Part shown: in pieces, positions 47,527 to 55,393 of the stretch | How positions within the stretch are numbered: the first letter of the stretch is position 1 | How the letters are laid out: each line of letters starts with the position of its first letter | NCBI GenBank assembly: GCA_045541035.1 | Contig: JAZQII010000043.1 | Coordinates: 64,539-128,538 of the forward strand | DNA length: 64,000 nucleotides | Origin: Clostridia bacterium | GTDB lineage: Bacteria; Bacillota; Clostridia; Christensenellales; QALW01 | Reading direction: 5' to 3' | Notes under the pieces: model-generated | Database searches by the model: none | What the model saw: only the letters and a program-made list of their open reading frames with translations | Told to the model about the DNA's origin: nothing | Translations under genes and position numbers: made by a program

Positions 47527-48540
47527 TTAAATGCTTTCAGGTTTATATTTATTATCCCTATACTTTTTAGTGCAAAGCTTAAAAATTCCAATTATTGAAC
47601 CAAATCCATAGGCAATATGGAAAATAGGGAACAGTATCATAAGTAACATACACTCTTTAAATAATTCCCCACTTCTAACCGAAAAAACAACATCTAATGC
47701 ACAATAAAGTAATAACTCTGCCGCCAAAGCCAAGAAGAATATCCAATGTGCAATACCTAATAAAGCAAGCAATGGAACAGATAATACAAAAGCCAACGGA
47801 ATAAAATGCCTTATTCCCATTGATCCGGGGCAAAGCTTCATTGTGATCACATTCCACATACCATTTTTTTGTGCCATTTTCGCTATTGCTCTTATCGAAT
47901 CACGACAATAATAAGAAAGTTTTATATCATTAGCTAAATATATCTTTCCTCCGTTTTTTCTTATACGGTAGTTCATTTCATTATCCTGATTACGAACAAG
48001 TCGTTCATCATATCCACCATATTTTGTAAACACTTCTCTTTTAAATGCACCAAAAGGAACGGTATCAACATATCCACTTTCTCCGTTCGTTCTAAACTGT
48101 GAATTGCCTACGCCGAATTTTGATGAAAGCATCTTGGCAATGGCAGTTCCTACAAAGCCATTTGCTTTTGTAATTGCCACGCCACCTACGTTTTCAGCAT
48201 CAACGGTTTCAAGGTATTCAACACATTTGGTTATATAATCCGTAGCATAATCAGCATGTGCATCCAAACGAACAATATATTTTCCCTTAGATTCCTTGAT
48301 GCCTATGTTCATCGCATAAGGAACTATCTTTTTTGGATTGCTGAATACTTTTATCAATTCAGGGTACTCTTTCTTATAATCTTGTATTATCTCAACCGTC
48401 TTATCCGACGAAATGCCATCAACAAATATCCACTCCATATCATCCTTCGGATAATCCTGAAGAAGCAGTGAATTAATACACTTTTTAATAAATTTTTCTT
48501 CATTATACACAGGCATTACTACCGATACCGTTACACTCAT
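47527..48540 (-). CDS. Glycosyltransferase family 2 with C-terminal membrane helices
   Basis: VSVVMPVYNEE ... RLDAHADY, followed by three or four hydrophobic helices. Confidence 0.8.
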   Translation of the reverse strand: MSVTVSVVMPVYNEEKFIKKCINSLLLQDYPKDDMEWIFVDGISSDKTVEIIQDYKKEYPELIKVFSNPKKIVPYAMNIGIKESKGKYIVRLDAHADYATDYITKCVEYLETVDAENVGGVAITKANGFVGTAIAKMLSSKFGVGNSQFRTNGESGYVDTVPFGAFKREVFTKYGGYDERLVRNQDNEMNYRIRKNGGKIYLANDIKLSYYCRDSIRAIAKMAQKNGMWNVITMKLCPGSMGIRHFIPLAFVLSVPLLALLGIAHWIFFLALAAELLLYCALDVVFSVRSGELFKECMLLMILFPIFHIAYGFGSIIGIFKLCTKKYRDNKYKPESI

Positions 48541-48543
48541 AAA

Positions 48544-49236
48544 TTAGTCCTTTCCAATCACCGCGCCGACCGTTTTAAACATTGTTCCGATATCGCCCCA
48601 GAAACTGAATTTTTTTATTGAGACGAGATTGTATTTCATTTTGTCGGGCAAAACTTTTTCAATATAGACCTTATCTGCATCTTCTACACCATCAAGAAGC
48701 TTTTCTTCGTCTTTATAAAAAATACTTGCCTCACTTGTAACGCCTGCAGGAAGAAGCAGGGTTGCAAGCATTTCAGGGGTGTAGGCGTTGACATATTTGG
48801 GAACTTCGGGACGTGTGCCCACAAAAGTCATTGTTCCTCTAAAAACATCTATGAGCTGACAAATTTCATCAAGGCGACATTTTCTGATAAATTTGCCTAC
48901 CTTGGTCACGCGGGAATCACCTTTAACGGTAACTTGCGTTCCAATCTTATCAGCATTCTGAACCATTGTACGGAACTTAAAAATTCTGAATTCTTTGCCG
49001 TATTGGGTAACGCGCACCTGACGGTAAAAGACCGGTCCTCTTGAATCGATCTTAATGCTGATTGCAAGCACCAAGAAAATCGGTGAAAGTGCGATGAGCA
49101 TTATCATTGAAACAACAATATCGAAAGCACGTTTAAAAAACAGACTGCAATTTTTCTTGCGTAAAATATCGTAGTATTCCTTTATTTCCGGAATCTGCAT
49201 TTTTTCGGGAAGCTTTTCCCATTTTTTTATCATCAT
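48544..49236 (-). CDS. Undecaprenyl-phosphate sugar phosphotransferase (small PglC/EpsL-type initiating enzyme)
   Basis: 230 aa with one re-entrant helix. KFRTM and GTRPE motifs of the bacterial sugar transferase family are present. Confidence 0.85.
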   Translation of the reverse strand: MMIKKWEKLPEKMQIPEIKEYYDILRKKNCSLFFKRAFDIVVSMIMLIALSPIFLVLAISIKIDSRGPVFYRQVRVTQYGKEFRIFKFRTMVQNADKIGTQVTVKGDSRVTKVGKFIRKCRLDEICQLIDVFRGTMTFVGTRPEVPKYVNAYTPEMLATLLLPAGVTSEASIFYKDEEKLLDGVEDADKVYIEKVLPDKMKYNLVSIKKFSFWGDIGTMFKTVGAVIGKD

Positions 49237-50435
49237 AAGTATTCACCAACAATTTCGCTATACTTCTCAATAACGTAATCGACCTGTTCATCTGTAAGGC
49301 AGGTGTGTAACGGCAGAGAGATCTCATTGGCGAAGTTGTTATAGGCATTGGGATAGTTCTTGATGTCAAAGCCCATATTTTTATATGCCGTGTGCATTGG
49401 CAGGGGTTTATAGTGAACGTTGCAGGCAACACCTGCTTCTGCCATTTTAATTATTATCTCGTTGCGCTGTTCTGCCGTTATGCCGGGAATGCGCGTAAGA
49501 TACAAATGTCCTGAAGAAGTATGGTCATCGGTGTAATGATCAAGAACTTCAACTCCTAATGGCTTAAATGCGCTGTCAAACTTTTGGATGATCTCTTTTC
49601 TGCGGGCAAGCATTTTAGGATATCTTTCAAGTTGAGCAAGGCCCATTGCTGCCATAATATCGGTCATATTGCACTTATACCAAGTGCCTACAATGTCATA
49701 TTCCCAGGCGCCAAGTTGAGTTTTTGCAAGAGCATCTTTTGACTGACCGTGAAGTGAGAAAAGTTGCAAGCGCTTATAAATATCCTGATTATCTATTCCA
49801 TCTATAGTGCGCCAGGTCAAGGCACCTCCCTCAGCAGTTGTGAGATTCTTAACTGCATGGAAAGAAAAAGAAGAAAAATCGGCAACACTGCCTAACATTT
49901 TGCCGTGCCATTTTGCACCGAATGCATGGGCGGTGTCTGCCATAACTGCAATTCTGCCCAATGCTTTCTGCAACTCTGAAGAAGGCTTGAAAATACTTCT
50001 TTTGCTTTCAACGATTTTAAAAATGCGGTCATAATCGCAGGGGATTCCTGCAAGGTCAACGGGAATGATCGCCTTTGTTTTTTCATTTATAGCCTTTTCA
50101 AGTTGATCATAGTCCATTTCAAGACTATCTTTCTGTGTGTCAACAAGCACAAGTTTTGCGCCAACATGGCAAATTACCGATGCTGATGCCGTATATGTAT
50201 AAGCGCTTGTTATTACCTCGTCGCCTTCTCCGATGCCCATAAGCCTTAAAGCCATTTCGGCACAAGCAGTCTGGGAATTAAGGCACACCGCACCGTCAGC
50301 GCAGGTGTATTCTTTAATAAGTTTTTCAAGTTTTTTCGTTTTTGGTCCCGTGGTTATCCAGCCTGAACGCAAAACATTAGCCACCTCATTGATTTCAAGT
50401 TCAGAAATATCAGGTGGCGAAAAAGGTATATTCAT
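49233..50435 (-). CDS. DegT/DnrJ/EryC1 family sugar aminotransferase (PglE/EpsN-like)
   Basis: 400 aa with the PLP lysine context SFHAVKNLTTAEGG. It is the first gene of the operon. Confidence 0.85.
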   Translation of the reverse strand: MNIPFSPPDISELEINEVANVLRSGWITTGPKTKKLEKLIKEYTCADGAVCLNSQTACAEMALRLMGIGEGDEVITSAYTYTASASVICHVGAKLVLVDTQKDSLEMDYDQLEKAINEKTKAIIPVDLAGIPCDYDRIFKIVESKRSIFKPSSELQKALGRIAVMADTAHAFGAKWHGKMLGSVADFSSFSFHAVKNLTTAEGGALTWRTIDGIDNQDIYKRLQLFSLHGQSKDALAKTQLGAWEYDIVGTWYKCNMTDIMAAMGLAQLERYPKMLARRKEIIQKFDSAFKPLGVEVLDHYTDDHTSSGHLYLTRIPGITAEQRNEIIIKMAEAGVACNVHYKPLPMHTAYKNMGFDIKNYPNAYNNFANEISLPLHTCLTDEQVDYVIEKYSEIVGEYL

Positions 50436-50498
50436 ATAAGTCCCTCACTTTTTCTACAAAATCGCACACTTTGCCATATTATCTCTATCTTATGATAT

Positions 50499-50527
50499 AT
50501 AATATCATACATAATAGGTTTTGTCAA
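50499..50527 (-). promoter_or_regulatory. Candidate sigma-A promoter of the polysaccharide operon
   Basis: On the minus strand, TTGACA (50527-50522), a 17-nt spacer, then TATTAT (50504-50499). Confidence 0.55.
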
Positions 50528-50546
50528 TATATTAACAAATTTTGAA

Positions 50547-50588
50547 CGAAAAAAAGAATGCCGAAAATCCTTATTTTTCGACATTCTT
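50547..50588 (-). terminator. Strong intrinsic terminator after the deacetylase gene
   Basis: On the minus strand, a stem of about 14 bp (AAGAATGTCGAAAA / TTTTCGGCATTCTT, one G-U pair) followed by a U-run. Confidence 0.8.
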
Positions 50589-50592
50589 ATTA

Positions 50593-51447
50593 TTAAAACC
50601 ACTTATGTTCAAATTCAACTGAAACAGTTTCGCCCGGCTCGATTTTATAGTCCTTGCCTGCCACGTTAAAATACAGCGTTGTGGTGGTTGGATTATATAC
50701 TTTAGTTCCGTCTGCCGACGCTTTTAACTGCTTATAGGCTTCAAGGTATTCAAAAATCTCAATATTTGTTGCATACCAGATCTCTTCACGATTGCCCATA
50801 TATTCACAGAATTCTTCAATAACGTTCCAGTTATTGTTTGTTTCAAACTCGTAACTGTGTCCCCACAAATAGAAAAGAAACGGTTCTGTTGATACAACGG
50901 TGTTTACAAATCTTTCCGCCAAACTCATAAGATTTGGATTGTTATGATGGCAGGTTGCAGGAAGACGAAGCCAATCCTCGCTGATATTAAAATTATTGGT
51001 TGACTGAACCGTTCTTGCATACAAAATACCTGATGCTTTAAGGCAATCAACAACCGTTTGACTTGTTGAGCCGTAAGGATAAGCCATGCCACGTGTTATT
51101 TTACCCGTTGTTTTTTCGATATCAATTCTATCGTTAAGCACTTCTGCAGTAATTTCCGCAGGAGTCAATACTTCAAGACGAGGATGATAATAAGCGTGAA
51201 CAGCCACTTCCATATCATTTTTAAGATAGAGATCGTATGCTTGTTCTTTGGTCATTCTTCTATGAATCTGACCTTCAGGATAAACTGTGCCAACAGGTGC
51301 AAAAAGACCTGAATTTATATTGAACGTACCTTTGATTCCGTTCTTTTTCATTATCTCAATAAGTCTTATATCCTGCTCTACCGCATCATCATAACTTAAG
51401 GTGAGCGCCTTTGTTTTAAAGCCGGGAAATCTTGTTTTTCTGTACAT
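50593..51447 (-). CDS. Polysaccharide deacetylase (CE4/NodB family)
   Basis: LTLSYDD and HAYYH resemble NodB motifs. The ATG at 51447 lies 9 nt after AAGGAGGA. Confidence 0.7.
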   Translation of the reverse strand: MYRKTRFPGFKTKALTLSYDDAVEQDIRLIEIMKKNGIKGTFNINSGLFAPVGTVYPEGQIHRRMTKEQAYDLYLKNDMEVAVHAYYHPRLEVLTPAEITAEVLNDRIDIEKTTGKITRGMAYPYGSTSQTVVDCLKASGILYARTVQSTNNFNISEDWLRLPATCHHNNPNLMSLAERFVNTVVSTEPFLFYLWGHSYEFETNNNWNVIEEFCEYMGNREEIWYATNIEIFEYLEAYKQLKASADGTKVYNPTTTTLYFNVAGKDYKIEPGETVSVEFEHKWF

Positions 51448-51449
51448 TT

Positions 51450-51644
51450 TCACCAATCCTCCTTGTGTAATTTACTACTTGTTTTTATATCGTCATAATA
51501 GGCTTTATATTCGTCAACAAACTTCTGATGAGCATCTGTATCAAGGGTAAAAAGTTCTTCAGGAGAAAGTTCCCACGGATCAAAAGCATCTTCATCATCC
51601 ATTTCAGAAAGTTTTAGCATATAGCCTCTGTTTATCTTTGCCAT
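51450..51644 (-). CDS. Small acidic hypothetical protein (64 aa)
   Basis: MAKINRGYMLKLSEMDDEDAFDPWELSPEELF... is preceded by GGAGG. Its 3' end carries the RBS of the next gene. Confidence 0.4.
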   Translation of the reverse strand: MAKINRGYMLKLSEMDDEDAFDPWELSPEELFTLDTDAHQKFVDEYKAYYDDIKTSSKLHKEDW

Positions 51645-51680
51645 AACTACCTCCGTTTGTATATAACAAAACAATACTCT

Positions 51681-53639
51681 TTACAAGTGTTTTGTTTCCT
51701 TAATTTTACCTTGCTCATACTCCTTTAAAAGCACGGTAAGATCAGATATTCTTTCAGAAATTTTCTTACCCGTATCCGTATCTTTTACCAAAATACTATC
51801 ACTTGAATATTCAAAAATAACAGTATCGGAAACTATATCAGCATTGTCTTTTATGGCCTCATTAACCCCACAGAATGGCTCATGTGCAGATATGCGCATA
51901 CCTTGCGCATTATAAATAAGCGTGTATCCTGCAATACCCGTTGCAGATTGATACGCCTTACAGAAGCCGCCGTCAATAACTATTACTTTGCCGTTTGCTT
52001 TTATAGGCTCTTCACCTGCACTTGAGCGAACGGGAATATGACCGTTAATTATATGTGAGCGTTCATCTTTAAGACCAAACTCATGAAAGATCGTATTTAC
52101 GATTGTTTCATCTTCATAGAAAGTGTAATAGGCGTTTTTAGGCTCACTCCATGCCTTTTCATCGGCAATAAGTAAGCGTTCAAAGGTTGCCATTTTCTTT
52201 CTTCCGCAAAGGGGCGAATCTTTACCGCACCACAGATACCATAAAATATCCTTACCGTACTGTTTTTCTTTAGATCCTTCCTTTGCAGAATAGCCCTGAC
52301 GTGCCACACGTTCAAAGTAATCAAGAAGTTCCTTTCCTTTTTTCCTATCGCCTGCAGGAAGTTCCATAAAAGTACCATCGTCATTTAAAGGAACGCAACC
52401 GTGGAATAAAAGATTGTTGTTAAAAACAGAGTACATCTCGCCTTTTTCAAATAAGAATCTTGCATGGCGCTGTAATTTTTCCGAACGGACAAAAGCATTT
52501 TTAAGATATTTCATGACCTGCGCTTCTTCCGTTGTAAGTTTATAAGGTTCATTTTCATCAATGGTCGGGAAGTCAGAATCCTTTAAATCATATTTTACGC
52601 CATCAATTATAACTGTTCCTTGCTCTTTATCGATTTTATCAAGAATCAATCTGTCCGCCATGTTAAAATCAGGATTTCTTAAAATGGTCTGCCCTTCAAG
52701 TTTAAATTGAATAACACTTATAGCTTTGTGCATACGTGCAATTAAAACATCATCATCGCTATAGAAAACGTCGCCTTCAGATGTTCCTTTGGGCATATAT
52801 GCAGAAACGTCGGAATTTTTATAAACTTCCTGCGCAAACAAGGATAAGGGGCGCAACGATATTCCATAGCCTATTTCAACTACGTCAAGGTTCTTATAGG
52901 TTATGGAATTGTTAAGAACCGTTGCAATACACGTTCTTGAGCCTGATGCCGCACCAAGCCATAAAACATCATGATTGCCCCATTGAATATCCAGTGAGTT
53001 TTCTTGCATCAATTCTTCAACGATAATATCGGCACGGGGACCGCGGTCAAAAATATCGCCTACAATATGAAGATGGTCAATAACAAGACTTTTTATTGCT
53101 GAACAAACTGCAATAATAAACTGTTGCGCTGCCCCTACTTCAATTATTGTTTTTAAAATATTCTCATAGTAGCGTTCTTTATTCAGAGCATCATAATCAT
53201 TGTTTAAAAGTTCATCGATAATATAATCAAATCCGCTTGCCGTTTTTTTAAGATGTTTTCTTACCTTTGAACGGGTATATTTACTGCTTACAAGTCTGCA
53301 AATATCCAAAAGTCTGCCTAAAGTAACGTTATACCAATCATTGGTTTCTTCGCCGATTTCGTCAAGTTTTTCTTCAGGATAATATATAAGCGTTGCAAGT
53401 TCTTCTCTTTCCTTTGCCGTTACAGTTTTTGAAAAAAGTTGATCTATTTTTCTGCGTATTACACCTGAAGCATTTTTGCGAATATGCTGATATGCCTCAT
53501 ATTCGCCGTGAAGATCGCTCATAAAATGCTCTGTCCCTTTAGGAAGTTCAAGTATGGCGTTAAGGTTTATGATTTCGTTAAGCACTGCATTACGATCCGG
53601 ATATTGTTTTGACAACTCAAGAATATACTTATTTTCCAT
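51681..53639 (-). CDS. fbp: Fructose-1,6-bisphosphatase class 3
   Basis: 652 aa. The N-terminus ...LELSKQYPDRNAVLNEIINLNAILELPKGTEHFMSDLHGEYE is characteristic of the Firmicute class III FBPase. Confidence 0.9.
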   Translation of the reverse strand: MENKYILELSKQYPDRNAVLNEIINLNAILELPKGTEHFMSDLHGEYEAYQHIRKNASGVIRRKIDQLFSKTVTAKEREELATLIYYPEEKLDEIGEETNDWYNVTLGRLLDICRLVSSKYTRSKVRKHLKKTASGFDYIIDELLNNDYDALNKERYYENILKTIIEVGAAQQFIIAVCSAIKSLVIDHLHIVGDIFDRGPRADIIVEELMQENSLDIQWGNHDVLWLGAASGSRTCIATVLNNSITYKNLDVVEIGYGISLRPLSLFAQEVYKNSDVSAYMPKGTSEGDVFYSDDDVLIARMHKAISVIQFKLEGQTILRNPDFNMADRLILDKIDKEQGTVIIDGVKYDLKDSDFPTIDENEPYKLTTEEAQVMKYLKNAFVRSEKLQRHARFLFEKGEMYSVFNNNLLFHGCVPLNDDGTFMELPAGDRKKGKELLDYFERVARQGYSAKEGSKEKQYGKDILWYLWCGKDSPLCGRKKMATFERLLIADEKAWSEPKNAYYTFYEDETIVNTIFHEFGLKDERSHIINGHIPVRSSAGEEPIKANGKVIVIDGGFCKAYQSATGIAGYTLIYNAQGMRISAHEPFCGVNEAIKDNADIVSDTVIFEYSSDSILVKDTDTGKKISERISDLTVLLKEYEQGKIKETKHL

Positions 53640-53668
53640 TTTCTCTCTCCTATCTCCTTGGAAAATCC

Positions 53669-53700
53669 AAAGACTTCGCTTAAATATATAAGCGAAGCCT
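53669..53700 (-). terminator. Hairpin downstream of fhs
   Basis: On the minus strand, AGGCTTCGCTTA-loop-TAAGCGAAGTCT (one G-U pair), followed by TTGGATTTTCC. Confidence 0.5.
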
Positions 53701-53705
53701 TTTGT

Positions 53706-55382
53706 TTAGAACAATCCTGTAATTTTGCCGTTAGCATCAACATCAATACGTTCAGCAGCAGGTGATTTGGGTAGACCGGGCATAGTTAAAATATCCCCCG
53801 TCAATACTACGATAAAGCCTGCGCCTGCAGAAACTTTAACGTTTTTAATGGTAACTGTGAAGTTTTCGGGTGCGCCCAATTTGGTGGGATCATCTGAAAA
53901 ACTGTACTGTGTTTTCGCGATACAAACAGGCAAATTATCAAAACCAAGTTCGGTAAGTTGCGCAATCTGCTTTTTAGCGTTGGGCATAACGGTTATACCG
54001 TCGCCGCCGTAAACTTTCTTAACGATAGCCTCGATCTTATCTTCAATAGTACCGTCAAGTTCATATGAAAAAGTAAAGTCGCCCTTTTCTTCTTCACAAA
54101 GACGAACAACTTCTTTAGCAAGTGCTTCGCCGCCCTTGCCGCCTTCTGCCCATACTGTTGAAAGCACGGTATTTACACCAAGTTCCTTACATTTATTGAT
54201 AATGAAATCAATTTCATTATCCGTATCTGTGGGGAAACGGTTAACTGCAACAACGCAAGGTAATTTATAAACGTTCTTAATATTTGAAACGTGACGGAGA
54301 AGATTTGGAATACCCTTTTCAAGTGCTTTAATATCTTCAAAATTAAGTTCTGTTTTTGCTCTTCCGCCATGCATTTTAAGAGCGCGGACTGTTGCAACAA
54401 CTACAACTGCATCAGGAGTTAATCCTGCCATACGGCACTTAATATCAAGGAACTTTTCAGCGCCAAGATCTGCACCGAAGCCTGCTTCTGTGATAGTATA
54501 ATCACCCATTTTAAGTGCAAGTTTTGTAGCCATAACAGAGTTACAGCCATGTGCAATGTTTGCAAAAGGTCCGCCGTGAACGAATGCAGGTGTACCTTCA
54601 AGAGTCTGAACAAGATTAGGTTTGATAGCATCTTTTAAAAGTGCGCACATTGCGCCTGCCGCTTTAAGTTCACCGCAAGTAACGGGTTTATCGTCATAGG
54701 TATAACCTACTATAATTCTTGAAAGTCTTTCCTTAAGATCGGTAATTGAATTTGAAAGGCAAAGAATAGCCATAATTTCAGATGCAACGGTGATATCAAA
54801 GCCGTCTTCTCTGGGAACACCGTTAGCCTTACCGCCCATACCGTCAACAACAAAACGAAGTTGGCGATCGTTCATATCAACACAACGTTTCCACGTAATT
54901 TTTCTTACGTCGATTCCAAGCTGATTGCCCTGCTGAATGTGGTTATCAAGCATTGCCGCAAGAAGGTTATTTGCCGCGCCGATTGCATGGAAATCACCTG
55001 TAAAGTGAAGGTTTATATCTTCCATGGGAACAACCTGAGCATAGCCGCCGCCTGCCGCACCGCCTTTAACACCGAAAACGGGGCCTAATGAAGGCTCGCG
55101 AAGTGCAACTGTAACGTCTTTACCTATTCTCTTAAGACCGTCGGCAAGACCGATTGTAGTGGTGGTCTTGCCTTCGCCTGCAGGTGTAGGTGTGATTGCG
55201 GTAACGAGAATAAGTTTACCGTCTTTTCTATCGGTCTCTTCTAAAAGAGAAAGATCAATCTTGGCTTTATATCTGCCATACTGTTCAATATATTTTTCGT
55301 CAACGTGGGCTAATTTGGCGATCTCGCCGATAGGCTTCATTTCACAAGCCTGAGCAATTTCTATATCGGATTTATATTCCAT
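53706..55382 (-). CDS. fhs: Formate--tetrahydrofolate ligase
   Basis: SDIEIAQ N-terminus and [16 protein letters not shown]-loop. The start is at MEYKSDIEI with an AGGGTG RBS. Confidence 0.95.
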   Translation of the reverse strand: MEYKSDIEIAQACEMKPIGEIAKLAHVDEKYIEQYGRYKAKIDLSLLEETDRKDGKLILVTAITPTPAGEGKTTTTIGLADGLKRIGKDVTVALREPSLGPVFGVKGGAAGGGYAQVVPMEDINLHFTGDFHAIGAANNLLAAMLDNHIQQGNQLGIDVRKITWKRCVDMNDRQLRFVVDGMGGKANGVPREDGFDITVASEIMAILCLSNSITDLKERLSRIIVGYTYDDKPVTCGELKAAGAMCALLKDAIKPNLVQTLEGTPAFVHGGPFANIAHGCNSVMATKLALKMGDYTITEAGFGADLGAEKFLDIKCRMAGLTPDAVVVVATVRALKMHGGRAKTELNFEDIKALEKGIPNLLRHVSNIKNVYKLPCVVAVNRFPTDTDNEIDFIINKCKELGVNTVLSTVWAEGGKGGEALAKEVVRLCEEEKGDFTFSYELDGTIEDKIEAIVKKVYGGDGITVMPNAKKQIAQLTELGFDNLPVCIAKTQYSFSDDPTKLGAPENFTVTIKNVKVSAGAGFIVVLTGDILTMPGLPKSPAAERIDVDANGKITGLF

Positions 55383-55393
55383 TTTATTCACCC

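Noticed and set aside
49133-49432. 99-aa minus-strand ORF spanning the aminotransferase / sugar-transferase junction
   Set aside because: It is an alternative frame across two confidently called genes. It has no independent signals.
50436-50498. JUMPStart/ops or EAR-type antitermination element in the polysaccharide operon leader
   Set aside because: The leader is only about 57 nt. It shows no GGCGGTAG-like ops sequence and no extended structure.
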